From Gemmatimonadota bacterium (GTDB taxonomy: Bacteria; Gemmatimonadota; Gemmatimonadetes; Gemmatimonadales; Gemmatimonadaceae): 64,000 bases of DNA. Both the position numbers and the translations under genes were made by a program. The first letter of the stretch is position 1. Each line of letters starts with the position of its first letter. The notes under the pieces are model-generated. The model was given only the letters and a program-made list of their open reading frames with translations. It was not told where the DNA came from and did no database searches. The stretch covers positions 128,001-192,000 of the forward strand of contig JAZJZK010000008.1 of assembly GCA_040389905.1 (NCBI GenBank), read 5' to 3'. Below are positions 20,723 through 29,740 of this stretch, one piece after another.

Positions 20723-21416
20723 ACGACTCGCCGCGTTGAGCGACGAACCGGCGACGCCAGAGGAAGCCGCGCATCTCGCGAGTTGCGACGTCTGTGCGCT
20801 CGAGTTGCACGCGTACGAGTCGTTGTTGGCCATGGCGGCCTCGGAGCGCGATTCTTTCGGTTTGCCATTGACGCGGTGGGATGCCATCTCCGCGGCACTG
20901 CAGACGGAACCATTGGTTGTTTCGGCACCGGCGCAGGTGCGCGCACCCAACCGGCGCATGCTGCAGATTGCGGCCGGCCTGCTACTCGTCGCCGGCGGTG
21001 CGATACTCGGGCGCGTGTCCGCCGGCGCAAACGCGCTTCCTGACGGGAATGCCTCGCTGGCGAGTACCTCGTCAGGCGTCACGCGAACCAACTCCATCCC
21101 TACCGATTCCATCGCGTTCAGGACGCTTGATGAGGCGCGCATGGCGCAACAGCGGTCCGAAGCGATTTACCAGCAGTCCACGGCGTTTCTCGCCCGCTAC
21201 GACACGAGTGGTGCGGTCGTCGGGAGCCCCGTAGCGTATCGCTCCCGTCTTGCGGCGCTCGACCAGATGCTCAACACCACGCGCGAAGCCATGCGCGACG
21301 TTCCGCACGACCCCGTCATCAACGGCTACTATCTCACTACGTTGGGTCAGCGCGAGGCCACCTTGCGGCAGATCAACACCGCGCTGCCCGCGTCGCTCCG
21401 CGTGAACAGCTTCTAA
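20703..21416 (+). CDS. Putative zinc-binding (ZAS) anti-sigma factor
   Basis: HLHTERL...HLASCDVC (HxxxCxxC), single TM helix; overlaps the sigma gene end. Confidence 0.75.
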   Translation: MLHLHTERLAALSDEPATPEEAAHLASCDVCALELHAYESLLAMAASERDSFGLPLTRWDAISAALQTEPLVVSAPAQVRAPNRRMLQIAAGLLLVAGGAILGRVSAGANALPDGNASLASTSSGVTRTNSIPTDSIAFRTLDEARMAQQRSEAIYQQSTAFLARYDTSGAVVGSPVAYRSRLAALDQMLNTTREAMRDVPHDPVINGYYLTTLGQREATLRQINTALPASLRVNSF

Positions 21417-22720
21417 TGTCTGATATTCGCTTTCCGCTGTCCGCCGTGCACGATCCGGCGTCCGCGATCCGGCATCCACTATCACACGGCGAGTGGACCG
21501 GCCGTGGATCCATCGCCCTGTCGGTGGCATTCGTCATCGCAGCGGCTGCGTTGCCCGTCGAGGCGCAGCAGCGCGTCGAGGTGACCACACGTGCCAGGGC
21601 GCCCCGCGCCGAGGCCGGTGATTCCACGGACCTTCAGGTTCGGCGTCTTCAGCGCCAGCTCGATTCGCTCACGCGCACGATTACGGAAGACGGTGATCTC
21701 ACGAGCGCCGATCGTCGCCGGGTGGAGACGGAGATCGGGAGTGCCCTCCGGCGGCTCCAGGACCTGACGCGCACGGAACAACAGGTCGAAGCGATGGCGC
21801 GCGTCGGTGAGATGCGCATTCGACTGATGCCGCCGAATGCAGACCGCGTATCCACGGAGATGTCGCGGGCGCTGATGCAGGTCCAGGAGGCGCAGTCCGC
21901 CCTGCCGCGAGGATGGATCGGGCTCGAGGTGCAGGGGGCGGCGCTGCCGCCGCGCATCGTTCACGGGGAGTATGTCATCCACTATATGTCGTATCCGCGG
22001 GTCATCTCCGTCGAGCCGAACTCGCCGGCGGAACGCGCTGGGCTGACCCTCAATGACACGCTGATTGCGTATGACAGTCGCGAGGTGCGGGGCAACGATA
22101 TTTCGCTCACACGGCTGTTGATTCCGAACGCGCGATTGAACGTGCGCGTGCGTCGCGATGGAAAGCTTCGCGACTTTCCGGTGACGGTGGCGGCGGCTCC
22201 GTCGCGCGTCACGCTGCGCCGCGGCGATGAGGTGCAGGAGATGAGCGGCGCCTGGATTGTGGCCGGTGTGCCAGACGCGCCGGGTTTCCCGCGCATGGCT
22301 CCGCCAACGCCCACGGCCGCTGGCGGCATGCGCGCGGTTCGCACGCAACGGCCAGAAGGCGCGCCGCAACCGCAACTCCCCGCGATTGCGCCTGCCGCGC
22401 CGACACCGCGGGCCGGCGTGATGTTCACCTTCTCCAACAGCGGTGTCGCGGGCGCGCAGCTCGTCAGCATCACGGAAAACATGGGCAAGGCGATCGGCGT
22501 GGCGTCGGGTGTCTTCGTGACCGCCGCGCCGCCGAGCTCACCCGCCGCGGAATCCGGTCTGCTCGATGGCGATGTGATCGTCAAGGTGAACGGTCAGACG
22601 ATCCAGACAGTCGCGCACCTCCGCGGCATCATTGGATCGGCGTCGGAGAATGGCGAACGATCTGCCGAACTCGAGATCGTCAGGCAGAAGAAGACGCAGC
22701 GGCTGACACTCAAGTGGTAG
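21416..22720 (+). CDS. Exported protein with two PDZ domains
   Basis: GWIGL...VEPNSPAERAGL...D.L and SPAAESGLLDGDVIVKVNG; no protease triad recognised; TAATG overlap. Confidence 0.8.
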   Translation: MSDIRFPLSAVHDPASAIRHPLSHGEWTGRGSIALSVAFVIAAAALPVEAQQRVEVTTRARAPRAEAGDSTDLQVRRLQRQLDSLTRTITEDGDLTSADRRRVETEIGSALRRLQDLTRTEQQVEAMARVGEMRIRLMPPNADRVSTEMSRALMQVQEAQSALPRGWIGLEVQGAALPPRIVHGEYVIHYMSYPRVISVEPNSPAERAGLTLNDTLIAYDSREVRGNDISLTRLLIPNARLNVRVRRDGKLRDFPVTVAAAPSRVTLRRGDEVQEMSGAWIVAGVPDAPGFPRMAPPTPTAAGGMRAVRTQRPEGAPQPQLPAIAPAAPTPRAGVMFTFSNSGVAGAQLVSITENMGKAIGVASGVFVTAAPPSSPAAESGLLDGDVIVKVNGQTIQTVAHLRGIIGSASENGERSAELEIVRQKKTQRLTLKW

Positions 22721-22824
22721 CGGACGCGCTGAAGAAAGCGCTGTAGGCGCAGCGGCCAGCGCGTTCGCTCGCGCTCACTTGACCGCTCACTCGCTTGCGC
22801 TCGTCGGACGCGAGCTGCCGCCCG

Positions 22825-23970
22825 TTAGATCCCGCCGAGTATCACGTCGAATTGCCGTGTGATGGCGTCGCGGACGGCATCGGGGATTGAAAATGCTGCG
22901 ACGAAAGCAGCTCGCGGATCTGGCGGCGCGTTTCGGCCCGCCTGCTGTAGGTAGTAGCGCATATAACCCGGCGCCGCGAGCGGACTCACCCGCTCCAGCA
23001 ACAGCGCTCCCGCGCGCACCGCGGCGGCCTGTGCGTAGCGCGTCGTCAGTCCAGCGCGCTGATCGGCGGGCGTGGTGTTGTCGGTGATCGCGGTGTTTGC
23101 CACGTTGCCGGTGACCTCATGCGCCATCACGTAGAGCACAACCTCTGATTCGGCGGTCGTCTCCGGCGCGGGGACGGCCACGGCGTTGTTGGACTTGGTG
23201 AACTGCACCGTCCGCCCCTCGCCTCCCAGCGGAAGGGAGAGATACACCTCGCCGTTCTGTTGTTGCGTGTTGTTCAGGAAGCGTTGAAGGGCGGGCCGCC
23301 ATTGGCGCTGCCAGAGTGAATCGACGTGGCGCGTCACTGCGGCGTGCGCGGTGGTTTCCGAGAGCCAGAAGTCGTGATAGAACTTGCGGCTCTCATCATC
23401 GGCCGACTCGGTGAGGAGCCGCAGCCACTCGCGATCGGCGGCGGATTGAAACGCGCCGCCAAGCACGGCGAGATACATCCGCATGGTGGGATCGTTGCTG
23501 GCGCCAGGATTCCCACCCGACCGCACGAACAGGTCGATCGCCTGGCGCATCTGTTCCCACGATGCGAAGTACATCGGGACAAACTGGCCATTCGTCGCGA
23601 GCGACGGCTCGACGTTGATTCGCGCGACCAGCTTGTCACGATTGGCGTCGAGCAACGAGGTGATGTTGCGTTGCCGCCGCACGCCGGCGATTCGATCGCG
23701 ATAGCCGCGCTTGAAGTACGGCACGAGGGTCGTGTCGGGGGCCAGCATGGCGTAGGCGTGCAGCCAAAGGTCCACATGCTCACGGGAGCGCGTGGGCCAG
23801 GTAGTTTGAATGAGCGGAGCGGGAGCGGCCGGCGGATTGTTCGAGCCCGTGACAGGTCCCGATGCCGGCGTCGGCGTTGGTGTTGGCGTAGCGGTCACAC
23901 CGCCGCAGGCGGATGCGAGCGCCAATACGGTGGCGGACGCGAGTCGGATGATTCGAAGGGTCGTGCTCAT
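22825..23970 (-). CDS. Hypothetical lipoprotein
   Basis: Signal peptide ending ASAC, Pro/Thr linker, mostly helical body. Confidence 0.7.
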   Translation of the reverse strand: MSTTLRIIRLASATVLALASACGGVTATPTPTPTPASGPVTGSNNPPAAPAPLIQTTWPTRSREHVDLWLHAYAMLAPDTTLVPYFKRGYRDRIAGVRRQRNITSLLDANRDKLVARINVEPSLATNGQFVPMYFASWEQMRQAIDLFVRSGGNPGASNDPTMRMYLAVLGGAFQSAADREWLRLLTESADDESRKFYHDFWLSETTAHAAVTRHVDSLWQRQWRPALQRFLNNTQQQNGEVYLSLPLGGEGRTVQFTKSNNAVAVPAPETTAESEVVLYVMAHEVTGNVANTAITDNTTPADQRAGLTTRYAQAAAVRAGALLLERVSPLAAPGYMRYYLQQAGRNAPPDPRAAFVAAFSIPDAVRDAITRQFDVILGGI

Positions 23971-24144
23971 AGCGGATGAGAAAGGGAGGTCATTGGCGCC
24001 CGCTACTTCCGCAAATCGGGGTCCGTCATACGAAAGGTCAGTGCCCCAATCCAGGCTGCATCTCGAGGTAAGGACCATCTCGTGAAAACGAGTTTCTTGT
24101 TTGTTGTGAGAGAAGCCCGACTTGGCGCACCAATCGCCTGTAAT

Positions 24145-24834
24145 TCAGCTCCCCCCGGCACTCCGCCCGCACGTCACACAGAACTTCCACCCACGCTCCA
24201 ACTCGCTTCCGCACGCCGGACAATGCGAGACCGTGAGATCCTGGCCGCAGTGCGGGCAGAACGCGATCTCACGCCCAGGGGGGAGCGCACCCTTGCAAAA
24301 GGCGCAATTCTCCCCGTCCTCCGGTACCGTCATCGGCCTCGTGGCGCGGCGCGGCGCACTCGAGACCGAGGCGCTACCTCGCGGCTCCGTCACCGATGCC
24401 GGCGTTCCGGTGGACGATGGCGTGCCGCCTCGAATCGGTGTCGGGATGGCGCCACGGCTGATCGTATGGCCGGACGACCCCGCCGCCGGCGTCGGACTAT
24501 CCAACCGCTGCAACGCTTCCGGCGCGAGTGCCACATGCTCGTTACCAAAGTCACGAATCCGCGCCGTATCCGGCGCCGACGTCGCGCGCTCGGCGGTGAG
24601 TTGGTCGCGCATGCGATCGTCGATCACCAGGTAGCCGTTCGCGCCAGAGAGCAGCTCGAGCAGGGTATGCTCGTAGTCCTGGTTGGTCTCGAGCCCGAGT
24701 TCCCGACGGTGCAGCCGGTACGGGAGAATGGTCTGGTACAGTTCACCCACCTGAAACGGCTGCGTCAGGTACTGCGGGAAGCTCGCGCGAATCGTCCGCA
24801 CGAGGTGCCGGTACATACGTTCGACATCAGTCAT
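24145..24834 (-). CDS. Double zinc-ribbon domain protein
   Basis: CAFC, CPHC, CPAC, CVTC at the C-terminus. Confidence 0.8.
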   Translation of the reverse strand: MTDVERMYRHLVRTIRASFPQYLTQPFQVGELYQTILPYRLHRRELGLETNQDYEHTLLELLSGANGYLVIDDRMRDQLTAERATSAPDTARIRDFGNEHVALAPEALQRLDSPTPAAGSSGHTISRGAIPTPIRGGTPSSTGTPASVTEPRGSASVSSAPRRATRPMTVPEDGENCAFCKGALPPGREIAFCPHCGQDLTVSHCPACGSELERGWKFCVTCGRSAGGS

Positions 24835-24852
24835 GGCACCCTTTGCGTGAAA

Positions 24853-25083
24853 TCAATGCGGCGCGTTTGCTTTGTGAATCGCGGATTCAATCGAATCCTG
24901 CCGCGCCTGCTGCAGCTGTTCGATCACCTGCTGTCGTTTGAGGTGGTCATCCTTCACTTTATATACCCCGACGATTTCCAACGCCCGCTGCTTGAGACTC
25001 GGGCCGCCGGACTCGCCCTGACGGTAACCCACGGTGTAGCCCGTGGTGGCGCCTACGAGGAAGATGATCGCGAGTCGAAACAT
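24853..25083 (-). CDS. Small hypothetical membrane-anchored protein
   Basis: MFRLAIIFLVGATTGYTVGY; GAGGA upstream of ATG. Confidence 0.6.
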   Translation of the reverse strand: MFRLAIIFLVGATTGYTVGYRQGESGGPSLKQRALEIVGVYKVKDDHLKRQQVIEQLQQARQDSIESAIHKANAPH

Positions 25084-25111
25084 GCGGTCCTCAGAGGTTC
25101 GTGAAACGTGA

Positions 25112-25747
25112 TTAGCCGGGAGACACCGGCCGGGTGCGGGGAAGGGGGCGTGCGGCGACAAACTGCCGTGCTGCGGGGAACGGTGCGGGTTCGACGACCA
25201 CTCGCTTCTTGCTGCGTTGGGCGGCGAACCAGCTATCGAATTCCGACGAGCGTGCGCCTAAGGATGATGTCTGCTCCCTGGCGGCCGCAACCGCAAGATC
25301 ATTCGCATATTCGTTCTGCGGATGGCCGGCATGGCCGCGGACCCACTGCCATTGCACGCGATGCGCTGTCGCGACGTCGACGAGCTCCTGCCACAGTTCC
25401 AGATTCTCGATCGTGCCCTCGCGACGCCGCCATCCGCGCGCGGCCCAGCCGTGGACCCATTCGGTCATCCCCTTGACGAGATACTGCGAATCACTCGTGA
25501 AGACGACGCGGAAGCGTCCGCCCTTGCGGCCAATGACGCGGAACGCCTCGATCGCGCTGCGCAATGCCATCCGATTGTTGGTCGTCGCGGGTTCGGAGAT
25601 CCAATAGTCCCACCGCGTCAGCCGTTCCGTGGCCTCGCTCAAGTACTCGATGACGCCGGCCGCGCCGCCGGGGTTCTGGCCTTCGCGACCATTGCCGAGG
25701 CACGATTCGTCGGCGTAGATGGCGACGAGCGGCAACTCGTCGCTCAC
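25112..25747 (-). CDS. rnhA: Ribonuclease HI
   Basis: IYADESCLGN, PGG, TTNNRM, TSDSQY, N.ELWQ, WVRGHAGHPQNEYAN.LA. Confidence 0.9.
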   Translation of the reverse strand: MSDELPLVAIYADESCLGNGREGQNPGGAAGVIEYLSEATERLTRWDYWISEPATTNNRMALRSAIEAFRVIGRKGGRFRVVFTSDSQYLVKGMTEWVHGWAARGWRRREGTIENLELWQELVDVATAHRVQWQWVRGHAGHPQNEYANDLAVAAAREQTSSLGARSSEFDSWFAAQRSKKRVVVEPAPFPAARQFVAARPLPRTRPVSPG

Positions 25748-25980
25748 GATACGACCTCGATCGCTTCGAGCTCATCGATGTACAATGTGAACGTGTCACC
25801 GGTTGTCGGGTGATGCGCATCGAGCGCCTCGCGCCCGCTCTCGACGCGCATGCGGTCGACCACGATCATGAACTCGCTGCCATTGCGATAGACGGCGAGC
25901 CGGCGGCGATCAGCGATGGCGCGCTCGAGGGCGTCGTACTGCGCCGACGTGAGTTGCGTAATCTTGTTACGACCGGGCAT
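25744..25980 (-). CDS. Small hypothetical protein, WYL-domain-like
   Basis: LERAIADRRRLAVY...LYIDELEAIEV pattern; GTGA overlap with rnhA. Confidence 0.6.
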   Translation of the reverse strand: MPGRNKITQLTSAQYDALERAIADRRRLAVYRNGSEFMIVVDRMRVESGREALDAHHPTTGDTFTLYIDELEAIEVVS

Positions 25981-26013
25981 TGAGGAAAACTGGTAGTTGG
26001 CAAACTGCCACAA

Positions 26014-26367
26014 ACGTACTCGGTACTTCGTCCACCACAGACGTACGAGGTACCCTGACCCGGTACCCGGACTTGCATCCGAGCCAAAGAGAGCCATCGA
26101 ACCATCGAACAGAAACTACAACACTGACGTACGCCGTACTTGGTACAACCACTGACGTACGAGGTACCCGGAACCTTGTACCGGGACTGGCCCTCCTGCC
26201 AAGAAGAGCCATAGACGGCAGTGTCGCGCTGCGAGCGTGTCGCCTCACGACATCTTGCCCGGGCAGGCCCCAAGGATGCCGTTGATGCCATCCAAGGGTT
26301 CGATGGCTCTCCTTGGGTTCGATGCCAGTCCGGGTACCTGGCACAGGGTACCTCGTACGTATCTGGT
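26014..26367. repeat. GTAC-rich ~70-bp unit: two direct copies and one inverted copy
   Basis: 26034-26103 and 26148-26216 direct; 26297-26367 inverted. Confidence 0.85.
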
Positions 26368-26373
26368 TTTCAG

Positions 26374-27537
26374 CTAGCTGAGCCACCGTTGCGCAAACAG
26401 CGCCAACGCCTCTACCGCCTGATCGATCTCTCGCAAAGGAAGGTACTCCTCCGCCGCGTGCGCCAGCGAGATGTCGCCCGGTCCGAACAGCACCGTCGGA
26501 ATTCCAGCGGCGTTGAGCAAGGATGCGTCTGTCCATGCCGACATGCCGGCGATCACGCGCGTTCCCGTGCACTCCTCCACGGCCGCGGCGAGTTGCTCCA
26601 CGATCGGTTCCGTCACGGCGACGTCACTAGGCTCCTGCGCGAGGAGCAGCCGGACGTGTGCTGAAAAGGTATCGCGCCGTTGCCGCACCGCGGCGCATGC
26701 CCACTCGACTTCGGACAGGATGTCGTCTGCGGTCTCACCGGGGAGTGTGCGTCGCTCGATCTTGAGCACGCAGCGGTCAGGGTAGGTGGACATGCCGATC
26801 CCGCCCTCGATGAACGACGCATGCACGGATGCGCGCCCGAGAAGTGCGTGGACCGTGAGTGGAAGTACGACGGCATCGATTCGGTCCAGCTCCGCGAGGA
26901 GGAGTCCCGCGTGGCGGATGGCATCGACGCCGAGCTCCCATCGGCTGCCGTGTGCCGCCTTGCCCGTGATGACGACCTCGACCCACACGAAGCCACGATG
27001 CGCCGGCATGACGGCAAGCTGCGTGGGTTCGGTGATGATCGCCGCATCGGCGCGCACGCCGCGGGCGATGAGCGCTTTCGTTCCCGCACTCTCGAATTCC
27101 TCGTCGGCGACCGCGGCGACAACGATCTCCCCCGGCAACCCCGCGCGTGCTGCGCGCCACGCCGCCGCGCACATGGCAGCAATGCCCCCCTTCATATCGC
27201 AGGCGCCACGACCGTAGAGACGTCCGTCCCGTTGCACCGCCTCGAAAGGCGGGTGGATCATTCCGTCAATGCCGACCACGTCGAGGTGGCCGTTGTACAT
27301 CAGCGTCCTGCCATTCTGCGCAGAGCCGATGCGCGCCACGAGGTTTGGCCGACCAGGCGCCGCCTCATGCATCTCCGTCGAAAACCCCCACGCCCTGAGC
27401 ACATCGCGGAGCAACTCGGCGCAGGCGCGCTCACCGGGGCCGTCCCCAACCAGCGACGGATTCCGTGAGTCGACACGCACCAATGCTCTGCATAGAGCGC
27501 CGGCGTCGCCTGGTTCAATATGGTCGGTCGGCATCAT
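26374..27537 (-). CDS. M20 family deacylase (ArgE/DapE-like)
   Basis: NGHLDVV, GRGACDMKGG, ADEE, TEPT, G.AAHGS, AHAAEE. Confidence 0.9.
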   Translation of the reverse strand: MMPTDHIEPGDAGALCRALVRVDSRNPSLVGDGPGERACAELLRDVLRAWGFSTEMHEAAPGRPNLVARIGSAQNGRTLMYNGHLDVVGIDGMIHPPFEAVQRDGRLYGRGACDMKGGIAAMCAAAWRAARAGLPGEIVVAAVADEEFESAGTKALIARGVRADAAIITEPTQLAVMPAHRGFVWVEVVITGKAAHGSRWELGVDAIRHAGLLLAELDRIDAVVLPLTVHALLGRASVHASFIEGGIGMSTYPDRCVLKIERRTLPGETADDILSEVEWACAAVRQRRDTFSAHVRLLLAQEPSDVAVTEPIVEQLAAAVEECTGTRVIAGMSAWTDASLLNAAGIPTVLFGPGDISLAHAAEEYLPLREIDQAVEALALFAQRWLS

Positions 27538-27563
27538 TCCGTGGTAAACAATCGACTCTTTTG

Positions 27564-27755
27564 ACCGCAGAGGGCGAGAGGAGCAGAGGGCCGCAGAGGA
27601 AACTACAAAGGTGCAGGCCCTACGCGGAGTTTACCATTGAGGAGCGCGAGTGACGAAGGGCTCAGGGCGACAAAACGAGCGGAAGAGTGCATCATATCCA
27701 CACGCGATCACGCTTTTCCTCTGCGCCCCTCTGCTCCTCTCAAGCCTTCTGCGGT
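27564..27755. mobile_element. MITE-like composite: ACCGCAGAGGGC inverted ends enclosing a REP-like core (long variant, 27609-27685)
   Basis: Ends ACCGCAGAGGGC / GCCTTCTGCGGT; second copy at 58262-58393. Confidence 0.65.
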
Positions 27756-27792
27756 AAGATCAGTTGTCGTTGTTGCTGCTCTCGCGACAAGC

Positions 27793-28740
27793 TCATTGTG
27801 ACGCCAAGGTCGGCAAGAGCGCAAACCCATCGTTATCCACCTCGAACTCAAGACGTTCGCCCAGCGGAGCGAGCGCCTGCGCCAGTTCGGTCTCGCGTCC
27901 GTCAGCCGCAATCGCCAGCACGCAGCCGCCGCCGGAGGCACCCATGGCCTTTACGCCGAGCGCACCAGATCGCATCGCCGCGTCGGTGATGGCGTCTATT
28001 CGCGGTGTGGTGATGGAGGGATGCAGTATACGCTGATGTGACCAGTGCTCGCCGATCATCTCCGCGAGCGCACCGAGATCACCGGAGCGAGCCGCGCTGG
28101 CCATGTATGCCGCCAACGCCTTCATGCGCGCGAGTGCACCCACCACGCGGGCTTCCCCCGCCAGGTACGCGTCGCGCACGGCGAGGATCGTGTCCCCGGA
28201 GATTCGCGATTCTCCGGTGTATACGAGGATTCCTCGGCGCGACAATGCAGTGCAGAAATCCGCCGAAACGGGAAGCTGCGTTACGGTGACATCGTCCCCA
28301 AAGGTGAGCAGTAGTGCGCCGCCGTACGCCGCAGCAAAGTGGTCCTGATATCCGCCGGGGACGCCCAGTTCCTCCACCTCCGTCTCCCTGCTGCGCATCG
28401 CGAGCGCATGACGATCGATCGCGTCGCCAGCTCGCACGGCGAGCGCGCCGGCAAGTGCAACGCCCGCTGCGGAGGATCCGCCAAGCCCGGCGGCAATCGG
28501 GAAGTCGCTCGTGAGCTGCACACCGGAGTCATGCGCCGCTGACCGCCGGAGTGCTGCTCGTACCAGGCCATCGAGAGCGGAGGGATCGCCGGTATCGCCG
28601 TCGGTTACGATGGCCGTCGCGTAGCGTGCGATGGCAATGTTGCAGACGGCGCCCCCTTCGCGAGCGCTGTAGGGGGGGACGTCAGTCCACCCCCCGCCGA
28701 AATCCAACCGGGTTGGTGCGCGTGCGGCGATCCGCCGCAC
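27793..28740 (-). CDS. GHMP family sugar kinase (HddA-like)
   Basis: APTRLDFGGGWTD, PIAAGLGGSSA, GGYQD, GASGGG; GTG at 28740 just after the upstream stop. Confidence 0.85.
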   Translation of the reverse strand: MRRIAARAPTRLDFGGGWTDVPPYSAREGGAVCNIAIARYATAIVTDGDTGDPSALDGLVRAALRRSAAHDSGVQLTSDFPIAAGLGGSSAAGVALAGALAVRAGDAIDRHALAMRSRETEVEELGVPGGYQDHFAAAYGGALLLTFGDDVTVTQLPVSADFCTALSRRGILVYTGESRISGDTILAVRDAYLAGEARVVGALARMKALAAYMASAARSGDLGALAEMIGEHWSHQRILHPSITTPRIDAITDAAMRSGALGVKAMGASGGGCVLAIAADGRETELAQALAPLGERLEFEVDNDGFALLPTLASQ

Positions 28741-28744
28741 GGCG

Positions 28745-29485
28745 CTACTTCTTCTTCTTGGCCGGTGCCTTGGCGCTCTTGTCAGCCGACTTGGAGCCGG
28801 CTTTCGTCGAGCTGGCGGGTTTGCTCGCCGTACCCTTTGCTGGCGCCTTGGCCGCGGGTTTCGCGGCGGCCTTGGGGGCCGGCTTCGCAGGCGCTTTCGC
28901 TGCGGGCTTGGCGGCCGGCTTGGCCGGGGCGGGTGCTGCCTTCGGCGGCGCCGGCGGCGGTGGAGGCGGCGTTTGCTTGACCTGCGCTGGTGTGGGAACC
29001 GGCGGGGTGGCGGGCCGCGGGCCGCCAGTGCGTAGCGAGAAGGCGCCAGGGCGTTGCGGAGGCGCAATGAGCGCTGCCGCCGCATTGGCGGCATCGCGCG
29101 CCGCCTTGTCGACCGCCGCCTTGTCCGCGGCGATCTTGGAGGCGGTGGGGCGACCCTTTTCGCTGGAGGGCTTCTTGGAGTGAGCCTCCTCCGCCTCCCG
29201 GATCAGCTTGTCGGCCTCCTCCTGCGTCATCTGACCGCGTCGCACCATGTACTGCACGAGGTCGCGCGCGCTCTCGATCGCGAAGCCGGCGAGGCCGGCC
29301 GCCGCGCTGATCACGTCCTTCATGGCGGAAGAGACCTTGCTTCCGGCCTCCTGGCTGATCAGCTGCGCACGTTCGGCCATTTCGGCCACCGTGTCGCGCA
29401 TGTCGGCGCCGCGGTGTCCGGGTCCTCGACGTGGGGCCGCCGGTGCGGCGGGAGCCTTGTCCTCGTCCATCTCCTTATCCACCAT
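28745..29485 (-). CDS. Phasin-like (PhaF/COG3937-type) protein with histone-H1-like AAKP tail
   Basis: AGLAGFAIESARDLVQYMVRRGQMTQEEADKLI; PAAKPAAKAPAK repeats. Confidence 0.65.
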   Translation of the reverse strand: MVDKEMDEDKAPAAPAAPRRGPGHRGADMRDTVAEMAERAQLISQEAGSKVSSAMKDVISAAAGLAGFAIESARDLVQYMVRRGQMTQEEADKLIREAEEAHSKKPSSEKGRPTASKIAADKAAVDKAARDAANAAAALIAPPQRPGAFSLRTGGPRPATPPVPTPAQVKQTPPPPPPAPPKAAPAPAKPAAKPAAKAPAKPAPKAAAKPAAKAPAKGTASKPASSTKAGSKSADKSAKAPAKKKK

Positions 29486-29740
29486 GTCGACGGCCGTTCC
29501 ATGCTCGGGGGAGGGACTCCCCGTTTAATTGAAGGTCATGCGATCGCGCACTAACTTCCTGCGCGCCAGATCTCAGGCCCGAATTATCGCGGCAAGTATA
29601 TGATTTTTCGACAGCTACGCAAGGTTTACTGACACACCGCGCGAACCTTTTTCGCGACGTTTTCCACGGTGTTCTCCGTGAATGCGCCGAGAGAATCCCA
29701 CTAAAGATATAACATCATCGCGACACTTACATTGCACTAA

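Noticed and set aside
26014..26367. Possible CRISPR array
   Set aside because: Only three degenerate units, one inverted; no constant repeat/unique spacer pattern and no cas genes in the window
28741..29094. Arg-rich N-terminal extension of the GHMP kinase ORF (27793..29094)
   Set aside because: Alternate-frame reading of the phasin-like gene's tail; kinase homology starts at GTG 28740
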